From contig CAWJSR010000029.1 of the NCBI GenBank assembly GCA_963845515.1, forward strand, positions 64,001 through 128,000: a DNA stretch of 64,000 nucleotides, read 5' to 3'. Of this stretch, positions 41,968-52,383 are shown in pieces. This DNA comes from an uncultured delta proteobacterium (GTDB lineage Bacteria > Myxococcota > Myxococcia > Myxococcales > Anaeromyxobacteraceae). The translations under genes and the position numbers were made by a program. The stretch's first letter is position 1, and every line of letters starts with the position of its first letter. Under the pieces are notes generated by a model. That model was given only the letters and a program-made list of their open reading frames with translations, was not told the DNA's origin and ran no database searches.

Positions 41968-41969
41968 CT

Positions 41970-42179
41970 TCAGATGCTTCAACCGACGGGGCCGCAGCCG
42001 CCGCCGTGCGAGTGGCCTCCGCCCGACCCGCCGCCGTACGCCGCCGGCGCCGACATCTGGCGGCCGACCTGCCTCGACTTGCACGCCGGGCAGACCACGT
42101 CGGCCTCGTCCGACCTCCGGACGATGAGCTCCTCGAAGGTCCTCCCGCAGTCCTGGCAGGCGTACTCGTAGATGGGCAT
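41970..42179 (-). CDS. FmdB-family zinc-ribbon protein, candidate selenoprotein (ends at 41979 if UGA is a stop)
   Basis: MPIYEYACQDCG...CPACKS, Gly-rich tail CGPVG-TGA-AGC-ATC-TGA followed by the GGUC hairpin. Confidence 0.85.
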
Positions 42180-42369
42180 GGCCCACGATATGAGCCACGC
42201 ACGACCGGATGGATTCAAGCCCATGCCCCCTGACGCCGCCTGGAGCGCCGGCGCCGCGAGGGGTTCGCCGCGGGTGGGTCCGCATGCTCCCTCGTCGGAC
42301 ATGTACCCTCGCCGTGTCACCGGCTCGCGGTACGTCCGGAGGCCAGCGTGGTACAGTCCGCGACCGCAA

Positions 42370-44496
42370 ATGGCCGAGAGCGTCCCTACACTGCGCGTGA
42401 AACACCCCAGCGTGGACCGTGCTCAGTTCCTCGAGCGCTACGCGGCGCGGGTCGCGTCCACCGGCATCCAGGTACCGACTGCGAACCAGCGCCCGATCGG
42501 TTCGCGCATCCGCCTCATCCTGGAGCTGAAGAGCGGGGAATCCGTGGTCGGCGACGCCGTCGTCGAGTCCCACGTGCGGATCCGCGACACTGCCGGCATC
42601 CTGTTGCGATACGTGCGGCTGCACGAGGGCGGGATCGTCTTCCCCCTCCCCGGGGGTGCCGCGCCGACGCCGCGTCCTTCAGGCGCGCGCCCAGCGCCGG
42701 CAGCTCCATCCGCGACGCGCGCGGCGCCGACGCCGGTGGCGACGGCGGCGCCTCGCCCACCGCCCCCGGCCATCCCGGTGCCGGCCGAGCCGGCGGCGTC
42801 GCTGCGCGACCTGCTCGACTCTCCCGACCCGTTCCCGGGGCTCGACGCGGCGCCCGAAGCGGCGATCCACGTGCCGATCGACGTGCCGGACGTGCCGCCC
42901 GAGGCGCCGGCCGCGCCCGAGCCGCCCCCTCCTTCCACCACGTCCGCGCCCGTTGCCCGATCCATGCTGACGCTGGACGACCTCCAGCTCGAGCCCCAGC
43001 CCGCGCAGGACTGGCCCGCTCCCGATGAGCCCTCGCCCGAAGAGGACCTGTGGGCCGCGCCGGCGCGCGCGCCCGCCGTGGCCTCGCTCGCCCCGCCCGA
43101 GTTCGTCGTACCCGAGCCGGCAGAGGCCGAGCAGGACGCCGTCGCGGCGGCGCACGGGGAGCCCCGGCGGTCGCACCGAAGGAAGGTGGCGCTGGCGCTG
43201 CTATCCGTGATCGCCGTGCTCGTCGTCATCGGCTCTGGCTACCTCCTCCTGCGCAGACGGGCGTCCGGAGCGACGCCTGCTGCCACGCCTGCCGCTGCGA
43301 CGTGCGAGCGTGCGAGCGGAACCGTGGAGGTCCAGCGCAGGACCGACGGCTCCTGGCACCCGCTCGCCGCCGGGGGCGGGCTGGGCAGCGGCGACGTCGT
43401 CCGGACCGGGCCGGCGTCGTCGGCACGGGTCGTGTTCGCCGCCGGGGGCGCCCTCGAGCTGGAGGCCGACGCGACGGTCGAGATCGGGGTGAGCGCGCAG
43501 GCGACCACTGGAGGCTCCGCCGCGCCGACCGAGAGCACCGTGGCCGTGCAGGCGGGCGTCGTCCGCGGCGTGCTCCCATCCGCGAGTGATTCCCAGCTCG
43601 GCCTGGTCATCCGCGGCGAGGACGGGTCTACGACCCGCCTGGCGACGGCGAAGGGGAGCGCTCCGGCCGAAGTCCGGCTCACGCGGGCGCCCGCTGGCAC
43701 CGAGGTGGCGGTCACGGAGGGAGAGGTCGAGGTCGGCTCGGGCAAGTCCGGGCGCAGGCTGGGCGTGGGCCGCGCGATCGATCTTCCTCCGTCGGCCGGC
43801 AGGCCCGTCGTCGATCTCCTCGACTTCCCCGCGAGCGTCGCGCCGGGGGTCGATGCGCGCTTCCAGTGGAGGAAGGGGCTGGAGGTACGCCTCTCCTGGA
43901 AGAAGGTCGCGCGCGCCGCCGGCTATCGGGTCCAGACCTCGAGGACCCTGTCGTTCGAGACTGTCTCGGGGACGTTCGAGACGAAGGGGACCGAGATCTC
44001 GTTCGCGCCCGAGGCGGATGGCCTGTACGCCTGGCGCGTCGCCTCGCGCGACGACGCCGGGCGGTATGGCGAGTACGGGTTCGCCCGGCGCCTGTACTGC
44101 GATCGATCGCGCTCCCGGGACCTCCTCGTCGGGCCCGCCGACCGCGAGGCGGTGACGTACACTGGCCCCGGCACCACGGTCACCTTCACCTGGCAGTCGG
44201 CCGCGGACGCCAGGGCCTACAGGCTGGTGGTCGCGGCCTCACCGAGGCTCCGGTCGCGATCCGTCGTGAGCCGGGTCACGAAGGAGCAGCGGCTCGACGT
44301 GAAGGGGCTCGCTCCCGGCGCCTACTACTGGGGTGTGTTCGTGGGCGACGGCCCGGCCGCGAAGCCCATCTTCCAGAAGCCCCGCTCGCTGCTGATCCAG
44401 CGGGCAGCGAAGGCGCCAGGGCGCCCGGAAGTAGCCCCGCGCGCCGCCTCGGAGGGAGCCCTTCCGCGTCGGGACGCTCCGCGATCGCCGCAGTGA
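42370..44496 (+). CDS. Membrane protein: PilZ-like N-terminus, Pro-rich linker, TM, FecR-like and FnIII-like domains
   Basis: QFLERYAARVASTGIQVPT...PIGSRIRLILEL; TM VALALLSVIAVLVVIG; GDVVRTG...ARVVF; YAWRVAS, YYWGV. Confidence 0.72.
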   Translation: MAESVPTLRVKHPSVDRAQFLERYAARVASTGIQVPTANQRPIGSRIRLILELKSGESVVGDAVVESHVRIRDTAGILLRYVRLHEGGIVFPLPGGAAPTPRPSGARPAPAAPSATRAAPTPVATAAPRPPPPAIPVPAEPAASLRDLLDSPDPFPGLDAAPEAAIHVPIDVPDVPPEAPAAPEPPPPSTTSAPVARSMLTLDDLQLEPQPAQDWPAPDEPSPEEDLWAAPARAPAVASLAPPEFVVPEPAEAEQDAVAAAHGEPRRSHRRKVALALLSVIAVLVVIGSGYLLLRRRASGATPAATPAAATCERASGTVEVQRRTDGSWHPLAAGGGLGSGDVVRTGPASSARVVFAAGGALELEADATVEIGVSAQATTGGSAAPTESTVAVQAGVVRGVLPSASDSQLGLVIRGEDGSTTRLATAKGSAPAEVRLTRAPAGTEVAVTEGEVEVGSGKSGRRLGVGRAIDLPPSAGRPVVDLLDFPASVAPGVDARFQWRKGLEVRLSWKKVARAAGYRVQTSRTLSFETVSGTFETKGTEISFAPEADGLYAWRVASRDDAGRYGEYGFARRLYCDRSRSRDLLVGPADREAVTYTGPGTTVTFTWQSAADARAYRLVVAASPRLRSRSVVSRVTKEQRLDVKGLAPGAYYWGVFVGDGPAAKPIFQKPRSLLIQRAAKAPGRPEVAPRAASEGALPRRDAPRSPQ

Positions 44497-44640
44497 GCTT
44501 GAAGCCGTTCCTGTCGAGGTTCAGTCCCCAGGCCTATGCCTTGATGCGCGTCGTCGCCGGGTTCCTCTTCCTCTGGCACGGTGCTCAGAAGCTGGTCGGC
44601 TTCCCGGTGGGGATGCGAATCTGGAGCGTCGACGCGGCCC
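44493..44640 (+). pseudogene. DoxX-family remnant with internal deletion
   Basis: MSLKPFLSRFSPQAYALMRVVAGFLFLWHGAQKLVGFP joins almost directly to the C-terminal-type motif IWSVDAA. No nearby stop in frame. Confidence 0.65.
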
Positions 44641-44666
44641 CTACAAACGTCGGACTTGAATGCTCA

Positions 44667-45755
44667 TCAGGCCTGCAGCTCGCTCCAGACGCGGCGGAAC
44701 TCTCCCTCGAGCGTGCTGAAGGCGGTCACGACGTCCGGATCGAAGTGCTTCCCGCCGCCCTCGCGGATCATCCGGCACGTCTCCTCGTCGCCGAACGCGG
44801 GTCGGTAGCAGCGCTTCGACGTCATCGCATCGTAGTAGTCGGCGAGCGCGACGATCCGTGCCGCGAGGGGGATGGCCGCGCCACTCAGGCCGTCGGGGTA
44901 ACCGCCGCCGTCCCATCGCTCGTGGTGCGATCTCGCCACCTCGACGCCCATTTGCAGCAGGGGGTTGGCCGGATGGCGTTCGAGCACCTTGGCGAGCGTG
45001 TTGGCGCCGAGCGCGCAGTGCCCCTTCATCACGCCGAACTCCTCCGCGGTCAGCTTGCCGGGCTTCAACAGGATGGCGTCGGGGATGCCTACCTTCCCGA
45101 TGTCGTGGAGCGGCGCCGTCTGGAAGAGGTGGTCGATGAAGGAGCCCGTCAGGTCCTCCGCGTGCAATCTCAGCCCGCGCATCCGCTCGGCCAGCATCTT
45201 GCCGAAGGTCTGCACCCGCTCGATGTGCTTCCCTGTGTCGTCATCGCGGGCCTCGGCGAGCTTCGCGAGCGCGAAGATGGTCGCCCGATGGGACGCCGTG
45301 GCCGCCTCGACCTGCTCGGCAACCCGCTGTTCGAGGAGAACGGCATGCGAAGCCAGCTCCACCTGCAGCCGCTCCAGGCGCAGGTGCGTCTTGACGCGCG
45401 CGATCACCTCCTCCTCCTGGAACGGCCTGGTGACGTAGTCGACGCCGCCGGCGCGAAGCGCCTCGACCTTCTCGTCGGTTCCCTGACGCGCGCTGACGAA
45501 GATGACCGGGATGCTCCGAAGCCGCTCGTCCTGCTTGAGCCATCGGCAGACGTCCAGCCCGGACATGACAGGCATGGTGACGTCGAGGAGGACCAGATCC
45601 GGAGGATCGGCGATGGCCGCCTCGATGGCGAGCTTGCCGCTCGTGACCGGCCTCGGTACGAGACCGCCGCGCTTGAGCACCGCGATCAGGAGTCGCAGGT
45701 TCTCGGGGACATCGTCCACGACGAGCACGCTGCTGCCTTGCAGATCGTCTTCCAC
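44667..45755 (-). CDS. Response regulator with HD-GYP domain (cyclic dinucleotide phosphodiesterase)
   Basis: REC (VVDD, LLDVTMP), ARDDDTGKHIERV, LHDIGK, HHERWDGGGYP. Confidence 0.93.
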   Translation of the reverse strand: MEDDLQGSSVLVVDDVPENLRLLIAVLKRGGLVPRPVTSGKLAIEAAIADPPDLVLLDVTMPVMSGLDVCRWLKQDERLRSIPVIFVSARQGTDEKVEALRAGGVDYVTRPFQEEEVIARVKTHLRLERLQVELASHAVLLEQRVAEQVEAATASHRATIFALAKLAEARDDDTGKHIERVQTFGKMLAERMRGLRLHAEDLTGSFIDHLFQTAPLHDIGKVGIPDAILLKPGKLTAEEFGVMKGHCALGANTLAKVLERHPANPLLQMGVEVARSHHERWDGGGYPDGLSGAAIPLAARIVALADYYDAMTSKRCYRPAFGDEETCRMIREGGGKHFDPDVVTAFSTLEGEFRRVWSELQA

Positions 45756-45764
45756 CGGCGCCCC

Positions 45765-48023
45765 CTATCGGCCCAGAAGCTCTCGGATGCCGTCGTAGTC
45801 GAAGCGGTCCACCATCCGGCGGAGCCCGATCGCCAAAGCCGGCTCAGTGAGCCCGATGGCCTCGACGAGCGCGAGCAGCTCGTCGTACCTGGCGGCCGTC
45901 ACGGCCTTGCCGAGCCTGCCCAGGAGCTCCCTGGGTAGCGCCCGGAGCGCAGCCCTGTCGAGCGAGCGCTCCTCCGACCCGTCGTCGGCGTCGCCTGCCC
46001 GCTCGCGCCCATCGCCATCCAGCACCTCCCGGACCTTCCGCGCCAGGTCGCCACCCGTGAACGGCTTGGGCAGGAAGTGCGTGCCCGCGTGAAGCACCCC
46101 GTGGTGGACGATCGCGTCGTCGGTGTAGCCCGACATGTAGAGCACCTTGAGCGTGGGGCGCCGCTTCGTGAGCTCCTGGGCGAGCGCCCGGCCGCTCATG
46201 CGAGGCATGACCACATCGGTCAGGAGGAGGTGAATGTCGCCGACATGCTCCGCGAAGATCAGGAGGGCCTCGTCCCCACTCGCGGCCGTCAGGACTCTGT
46301 AGCCGGCCGCGTCGAGGGTCCTGCGGGCGACCTCGCAGAGGGCCGGCTCGTCCTCGACCACGAGGACGGTCTCGGTGCCCGTGACCCGGCTCGGGGCCGC
46401 TGTAGGCCTGGTATCCGTCGCCGCGGCAGCCGAGAGATCGCGCGGCAGGTAGATCTTGAACGTGGTCCCATGTCCCGGCTCGCTGTAGACCCAGACGTTC
46501 CCGCCGCTCTGCTTGACGATGCCGTACACCGTGGAAAGTCCGAGTCCAGACCCCTTCCCCTCCCCCTTGGTGGTGAAGAAGGGCTCGAAGATCTTGGCTA
46601 TGGTCTCGCGGTCCATTCCACTTCCCGTGTCCGTGACCGCCAGCTGGACGTAGGGACCCGGCCTCACGGCCACGTGGCGCGCTGCGTACTCCTCGTCGAT
46701 CTCGATGTTGGAGGTCTCTATGGTGAGCTGGCCTCCTTCGGGCATGGCGTCGCGAGCGTTGACCACCAGGTTCATCAGCACCTGCTCCATCTGGCCGGGA
46801 TCGGCGCGCACCACGCCGAGGTCCGACGCGAGCGCCTGGACGAAGTCGATGTCCTCGCCGAGGATCCGCCGGAGCATCTTCTCGATCCCCACGGCGATCT
46901 GGTTCAGGCTCAGCGGCACGGCCTGGAGCACCTGCTTCCGGCTGAAGGCCAGGAGCTGGCGGGTCAGCGCCGCGGCGCGCTCGCCCGCCTTCTTCACCTC
47001 CAGGAGATCGTCCCGGAGCGGGTCGCCCTCCCGCACCTGACCGAGAGCGAACCCCGTGTAGCTCAGGATCACGGTGAGCAGGTTGTTGAAGTCGTGCGCC
47101 ACCCCGCCTGCGAGGCCGCCGATCGCCTCGAGCTTCTGCGATGCCTGCAGCTGCTCCTCGAGCCTCTCGCGCTCCTTCTCGGCCAGCTTTCGCGCGCTGA
47201 CGTCACGCACGTTGCACTGGATCACCTTCTGGTCCTCGACGATGTACACGTTGCTGACGAACTCGACGTCTATCCTGCGTCCGTCGCGGGTCTCCAGCGG
47301 CAGATCCTCGTAGCGGACGTATTCCCTGTCCTGCAGCTCGAGGAACAGCGCGGCGGAGGCCGCGATGTCCTTGAACGGCCCGATCTCCCACAGGTGCCTG
47401 CCGAGGAACTCCTCGCGCGAGAAGCCCGTCAACGACACCAGGAACGGATTGACGTCGACGATCGCCCCGCTGACCGCGTCGAGGATCAGTATTCCGTCCT
47501 TGGCGGCTTCGAACAGGCGGCGGTACCGCATCTCCGAGGCCGCCAGCGCGTGCTCCGCCGGCTCTCGCTCGGCGGGGTCCTGGTCCCGAAACACGACGAC
47601 GGCGCCGATCACGCCTCCGGCTGCGTCCAGGATGGGAGCCCCACCGTGGGCGATCGGCCGTCGGGTGCCGTCGCGGGCGATCAGGACCGTGTGATCGATG
47701 GGTCCCCACCCAGCGCCGTCGCGCAGCGCCGAGGCAACCGGGCTCTCGACCTCCGCACCCGTCTCCTCGTCGGCGATTCTGAAGACGTCTGCCGCCGGCC
47801 GGACGCTCGCCTGCGGCTCGCTCCAGCCGGTGTACTCCTCGGCCGCGCGGTTCAGGCGCGCGATGACGCCGTCCGCGTCGATCACGATGACCGCTTCGGC
47901 GATACGGCGTAGCGCGGCCTCGAAACCCCTGGCCTGGACATCGAGCGCGGCGACGCGGCTGTAGAGAGCCGCGTTCTCCGCGCGGAGCTGCTTCGTCTCT
48001 CTCCCTCCCCCGCTCATCTTCAC
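45765..48023 (-). CDS. PAS-PAS hybrid histidine kinase / receiver
   Basis: AHDFNNLL, NLVVNARDAM, FFTTK..GSGLGL, REC (LTDVVMP), helical C-terminal tail. Confidence 0.93.
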   Translation of the reverse strand: MKMSGGGRETKQLRAENAALYSRVAALDVQARGFEAALRRIAEAVIVIDADGVIARLNRAAEEYTGWSEPQASVRPAADVFRIADEETGAEVESPVASALRDGAGWGPIDHTVLIARDGTRRPIAHGGAPILDAAGGVIGAVVVFRDQDPAEREPAEHALAASEMRYRRLFEAAKDGILILDAVSGAIVDVNPFLVSLTGFSREEFLGRHLWEIGPFKDIAASAALFLELQDREYVRYEDLPLETRDGRRIDVEFVSNVYIVEDQKVIQCNVRDVSARKLAEKERERLEEQLQASQKLEAIGGLAGGVAHDFNNLLTVILSYTGFALGQVREGDPLRDDLLEVKKAGERAAALTRQLLAFSRKQVLQAVPLSLNQIAVGIEKMLRRILGEDIDFVQALASDLGVVRADPGQMEQVLMNLVVNARDAMPEGGQLTIETSNIEIDEEYAARHVAVRPGPYVQLAVTDTGSGMDRETIAKIFEPFFTTKGEGKGSGLGLSTVYGIVKQSGGNVWVYSEPGHGTTFKIYLPRDLSAAAATDTRPTAAPSRVTGTETVLVVEDEPALCEVARRTLDAAGYRVLTAASGDEALLIFAEHVGDIHLLLTDVVMPRMSGRALAQELTKRRPTLKVLYMSGYTDDAIVHHGVLHAGTHFLPKPFTGGDLARKVREVLDGDGRERAGDADDGSEERSLDRAALRALPRELLGRLGKAVTAARYDELLALVEAIGLTEPALAIGLRRMVDRFDYDGIRELLGR

Positions 48024-48179
48024 CGTCAGTTCCTATCACGATGATGCGGGCACGTTCCTCCCTGAGCCCATACGGGCACCTCCGTGCGGGGGCCGGAGCG
48101 CCGGAGCGCGCGGACAAAAGCGGTACCGCTTTCGGTGCGTTGACTGCGCGGCGGACGCCGGCTAAACGTCCGCCCGCCC

Positions 48180-48749
48180 GTGAGAATCCAACGCACCCCA
48201 CCCGCGCCGCCCGGCCGTGGACGACGCGACTTCCTCTTCGCCGGCGCGCTGTCGGTCCTCGCGCTCGCCCTGGGGCCCGCTCGCGCGCGGGCCGCCGCTG
48301 CCGAGCCCCGCAGGGTCCGGATGCTCGGCACGCACACCGGCGAGCGGATCGACGCCACCTACTTCGAGGGCGGAGCGCTCGTGCCGGACGCGCTCGCCGA
48401 GCTCGATCGCTTCCTGCGGGACCACCGGACCGGGGACGTCCGCGCGATCGACCCCGGGGTGCTCGACATCGCGTGGAGCCTCTCGCGCGCAGCGCACCGG
48501 CCGCTCGGGACCATCGAGATCATCAGCGGCTACCGCTCGCCCCGGACGAACGCGGCGCTCCGCGAGCATGGCCGCGGCGTCGCGCAGCACAGCCTGCACC
48601 TCGAGGGGAGGGCCCTCGACCTCCGGCTCGAGGGCGTACCGACCGACCGGCTGCGCGACCTGGCGCTCGGGCTCCGCCGCGGCGGCGTCGGCTTCTACGC
48701 CGCCGCCGACTTCGTGCACGTCGACACGGGGCCGGTCCGGCGCTGGTAG
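48180..48749 (+). CDS. YcbK/DUF882 family M15 peptidase with Tat signal
   Basis: RRDFL, FLRDHRT, ISGYRSPRTN, SLHLEGRALD, FVHVDTG. Confidence 0.9.
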   Translation: MRIQRTPPAPPGRGRRDFLFAGALSVLALALGPARARAAAAEPRRVRMLGTHTGERIDATYFEGGALVPDALAELDRFLRDHRTGDVRAIDPGVLDIAWSLSRAAHRPLGTIEIISGYRSPRTNAALREHGRGVAQHSLHLEGRALDLRLEGVPTDRLRDLALGLRRGGVGFYAAADFVHVDTGPVRRW

Positions 48750-48750
48750 G

Positions 48751-49299
48751 TCACCGGCCCCTCAGCCGGACCTTCTCGCGCTCGTAGAGGGCCACGGCGT
48801 CGCGCAGCACCCTCAGCGCCGCTTCGCGCCCCTGCGGCTCGTCCACCACCACCGCCTTGTTCTCCAGCACCTTGTAGTCGATGAAGAAGCGCTGCAGCTC
48901 ACGCAGCCGGTGGGGCGGAAGCTCCGAGATGTCGGAGAAGCCCGCGTACTCCGGGTCGTCGACGTGGACCGCGATCAGCTTGTCGTCCTCCCCCTTGTCG
49001 TCGCGCATCTGCATCACGCCGATGAGGCGCGCCTGCATGATCGCCAGCGGGACGATCGGCTCCTGGCAGAGGACCAGGATGTCCAGCGGATCACCGTCGC
49101 CGCAGAAGGTCCGCGGGACGAAGCCGTAGTTGGCCGGGTAGTGGACCGCCGAGAAGAGGATCCGGTCGACGAGGAGCAGCCCGGACCGCTTGTCGAGCTC
49201 GTACTTCACCTTGGAGCCGGTCGGGATCTCGATGACCGCGGGGACGGTCGCCGCGAGATCGGCCGGGAGCTCCAGGTCGTGCCAGGGGTGGAAGGCCAT
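48751..49299 (-). CDS. ppa: Inorganic pyrophosphatase
   Basis: KYELDK, YPANYGFVPRT, DGDPLD, DDKLI, YKVLE. Confidence 0.95.
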   Translation of the reverse strand: MAFHPWHDLELPADLAATVPAVIEIPTGSKVKYELDKRSGLLLVDRILFSAVHYPANYGFVPRTFCGDGDPLDILVLCQEPIVPLAIMQARLIGVMQMRDDKGEDDKLIAVHVDDPEYAGFSDISELPPHRLRELQRFFIDYKVLENKAVVVDEPQGREAALRVLRDAVALYEREKVRLRGR

Positions 49300-49317
49300 G
49301 CTGGTGAGCCGGGGCGA

Positions 49318-50208
49318 CTACCTGGCTTCCGCCTGCGTAATCTGGCTCCCCGGTGGCACGGCGTGCGTGAGCCAGACGTTGCCGCCGATCGACGAGCCCT
49401 TCCCGATGACGATCCGCCCGAGGACGGTCGCGCCCGAGTAGATGACGACGTCGTCCTCGACCACCGGGTGGCGATCGATCCCCTTGATCGGCTTGCCGTT
49501 CTCGTCGAGCGGGAAGCTCTTCGCGCCGAGCGTGACGCCCTGGTAGATGCGGACCCGGTTCCCGATGACGCCGGTCTCGCCGATCACGACCCCCGTCCCG
49601 TGATCGATGAAGAACTTCTCTCCGATCCGCGCCCCGGGGTGGATGTCGATGCCCGTGAGCGCGTGGGCGTGCTCGGTCATGATCCGCGGAATCAGCGGCA
49701 CGCCGAGGACGTGAAGCTCGTGGGCGATCCGCTGGTTGGTGATGGCCATCATCCCCGGGTACGCGATGATCGCCTCGTCCCTGTTCTTGAGCGCGGGATC
49801 CCCCTCGTACGCGGCCTCGACGTCGCTCGCGAGGAGCCGCCGGATCGTCGGCACCTTCGCGAGGAAGCCGGACGCCACGCGCTGCGAGGTCTCCGCGCAG
49901 TGATCGCAGGTGAAGTAGTCGTGCCGCTCGACGAACGACACGGCGCGCCGGACCTGCTCCTCCAGCGCGCGCATGGTCCGCTCCAGCGTCGCGCCGAGGA
50001 AGAAGTGGAGGCTCTCGGCCCTGACGTCGGTGGTCCCGAAGTAGCCCGGGAAGAACACCGAGCGGAGATCCTCGACGATCTGGATGACCGCGTCGCGCGA
50101 CGGCAGGATGGCCCGTCCGCCAGGCAGCCCTGCGGGGCCGACAGCGTCCCGCCGGAGCTCGTCGACGATGGCCTGGATGTCCACCTTCTCCTGCTTCGCG
50201 TCGGACAT
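49318..50208 (-). CDS. cysE: Serine O-acetyltransferase (EpsC/CysE type)
   Basis: AYEGDPA, YPG, GIDIHPGA, FIDHGTG, YQGVTLG, RHP. AGGAGG RBS. Confidence 0.88.
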   Translation of the reverse strand: MSDAKQEKVDIQAIVDELRRDAVGPAGLPGGRAILPSRDAVIQIVEDLRSVFFPGYFGTTDVRAESLHFFLGATLERTMRALEEQVRRAVSFVERHDYFTCDHCAETSQRVASGFLAKVPTIRRLLASDVEAAYEGDPALKNRDEAIIAYPGMMAITNQRIAHELHVLGVPLIPRIMTEHAHALTGIDIHPGARIGEKFFIDHGTGVVIGETGVIGNRVRIYQGVTLGAKSFPLDENGKPIKGIDRHPVVEDDVVIYSGATVLGRIVIGKGSSIGGNVWLTHAVPPGSQITQAEAR

Positions 50209-50271
50209 GGAATCCCTCCTACCAACGGTGGTAATACGCTCTTAGCATAATTCGGACCGGTGAGGTCGGCA

Positions 50272-52281
50272 TCAGCTTTCCTGCCCCTCCCCTTCGCCTT
50301 CCTGGGTGGGCGGGTCGGCGACCGAGCGGAGCAGGTCGAACACCGCCTGCGCCTTCTTCGGACCGAAGCCCTCCACCTCTGCCAGCGCCTCCACGGAGGC
50401 CTCGCGGATCGCCTTGAGGCTGCCGAAGTGGCGGAGCAGCGCCTTCTTGCGCGACGCGCCGATTCCAGGGACGTTCTCGAGGACGCTCTGGAAGTTCCGC
50501 TCGCGCCGCAGCTTCCGGTGGAAGGTGATGGCGAAGCGGTGCGCCTCGTCGCGGATCCGCGCCATCAGGAAGAGGTCGGCCGTGTGCGGCCGGAGGACGA
50601 TGGCGTCCTTCCGGTTCGGCAGGAAGACGCGCTCGGGGCTGCGCGCGGTCTCGGGGTTGAACCCCAGCTCGGCGGTCTCCGCGGCGTCTGCCAGCGCCGC
50701 CGCGCGCCCCCGTCCGCGCCGGCCGATGACGCGCGTGGTGCCGAGCGTCTGCGCGTCGAGGACCCGGCTCTTGGCGAGGCCGACCATCTCGACGAAAGGA
50801 ACCCCCGAGATGCCGGGAGAAGGCTTCGTCGGCACCCCGAGATCGCTCGCGGCCGCGAGCGCCGCGTTGAGCTGCCCCTTCCCGCCGTCGATGACCATGA
50901 GGTCCGGCAGCGCGCCGTCGGCCAGGCCGCGCTTCAGCCGGCGCGTGATCACCTCGTGCAGCATCGCGAAGTCATCCTGCCCGGTGACGCCCTTCACCCG
51001 GTACCTGCGGTAGTTGACCTTGTCGGGCTCGCCGTCCTTGAAGGACACGCCGGAGCCGACCGCGAGCGCCCCCTGGAAGGTCGAGATGTCGTAGCACTCC
51101 ATCCACCGCGGCAGCCGGACCAGGTGGAGCGTCCGCATGAGTGACGCGAGCGCCTCCTCGCGCCGCTCGCCCCGCTCGCGCCAGCCACGGAACGACTCGC
51201 GCGCGTTCCGCTCTGCGACCTCCAGGAGGTCTGCCTTGGCCCCGCGCTGCGGCGTCAGGAGCGCGACACGCCCTCCGCGCCGGTCGGAGAGCACCTCGGC
51301 GATCGCGCCTGCGCCGTCCGGCTCCAGGGGGAGCAGGATCTCCGGAGGCGGCGGCGCCTGTTCGTAGAAGAGCGAGAGGAAGGTCGCCAGCACCTCCGCG
51401 TCGGGGAACTCCTGGCGCCGGAAGAAGAGCCCCTGGCTGTCGATCAGCCTCCCCTCACGCATGGCGAGCACCTGGATGGCGAGGTCCGACCCCTCGCGGT
51501 GGATCCCGATCACGTCCCGGTCGGCGAGATCGGCCATGTGGACCCGCTGCTTCTCCAGGCTCCGCTCGACGGCGCCGAGCTGATCTCGGAGGAGCGCGGC
51601 CTCCTCGAAGCGCATGGCTCCGGCCGCCTCGGCCATGCGGCCGCGCAGCCGCTCGAGGAGGTCGGTCTCGCGCCCCGCGAGGAAGGCGACCGCGTCGTCG
51701 ACCGACCTCCGGTAGTCCGCCTCCGGGACCGCGTACACGCAGGGGGCAGGGCAGCGGTGGATCTGGAAGAGGATGCAGGGGCGCCGGCGCGACTCGAAGA
51801 CCTTGTCGGTGCAGGTCCGGAGCTGGAAGTGACGGTTGACGATCCGGAGCGTCTCCCGGATCGAGCTCGCCGAGGAGTAGGGGCCGAAGTAGGTGGCGCC
51901 GTCCGCGGCCCGGTCGCGGGCACGCCGCACGTCGATGCGCGGATACGGATGGGACCGGTCGAGCCTGAGGAGGATGAAGTCCTTGTCGTCGCGGAGGACC
52001 ACGTTGAAGCGCGGGAGGTGCTTCTTGATGAGCGTGCACTCGAGGAGGACCGCCTCCTTCTCGGTCCGCGTGACGATGACCTCGATGTCCCCCAGCAGCT
52101 CGTCGAGGAGCGGCACGAAGGCCCGATCGTCGGTCCCCGACGCCGCGAAGTAGCTCCGGACGCGGCTCCGCAGCGAGGAGGCCTTGCCGACGTAGACCAC
52201 CTCGCCGGCGCGGTCCCGCATCAGGTAGCAGCCGGGCTCGGCCGGGAGGCCGTCAATCTTTCGGTGTAGGGCTGGATCCAT
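50272..52281 (-). CDS. uvrC: Excinuclease ABC subunit C
   Basis: GIY-YIG (PGCYLM..YVGKA), [26 protein letters not shown], HhH. Confidence 0.96.
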   Translation of the reverse strand: MDPALHRKIDGLPAEPGCYLMRDRAGEVVYVGKASSLRSRVRSYFAASGTDDRAFVPLLDELLGDIEVIVTRTEKEAVLLECTLIKKHLPRFNVVLRDDKDFILLRLDRSHPYPRIDVRRARDRAADGATYFGPYSSASSIRETLRIVNRHFQLRTCTDKVFESRRRPCILFQIHRCPAPCVYAVPEADYRRSVDDAVAFLAGRETDLLERLRGRMAEAAGAMRFEEAALLRDQLGAVERSLEKQRVHMADLADRDVIGIHREGSDLAIQVLAMREGRLIDSQGLFFRRQEFPDAEVLATFLSLFYEQAPPPPEILLPLEPDGAGAIAEVLSDRRGGRVALLTPQRGAKADLLEVAERNARESFRGWRERGERREEALASLMRTLHLVRLPRWMECYDISTFQGALAVGSGVSFKDGEPDKVNYRRYRVKGVTGQDDFAMLHEVITRRLKRGLADGALPDLMVIDGGKGQLNAALAAASDLGVPTKPSPGISGVPFVEMVGLAKSRVLDAQTLGTTRVIGRRGRGRAAALADAAETAELGFNPETARSPERVFLPNRKDAIVLRPHTADLFLMARIRDEAHRFAITFHRKLRRERNFQSVLENVPGIGASRKKALLRHFGSLKAIREASVEALAEVEGFGPKKAQAVFDLLRSVADPPTQEGEGEGQES

Positions 52282-52383
52282 GACGCGTGGCGCCACGCAC
52301 CAACGGTGGGCGTGGGGGGCCAAAATGAAGCTTAGCTGACATATGCTCGGCGTGCCCCGGGGGGCTGCTGGACAGGACGACGA

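Noticed and set aside
41970..41972. Second TGA of the FmdB-like gene as another Sec
   Set aside because: Only 9 nt from the loop and inside the lower stem; the sequence beyond does not look coding.
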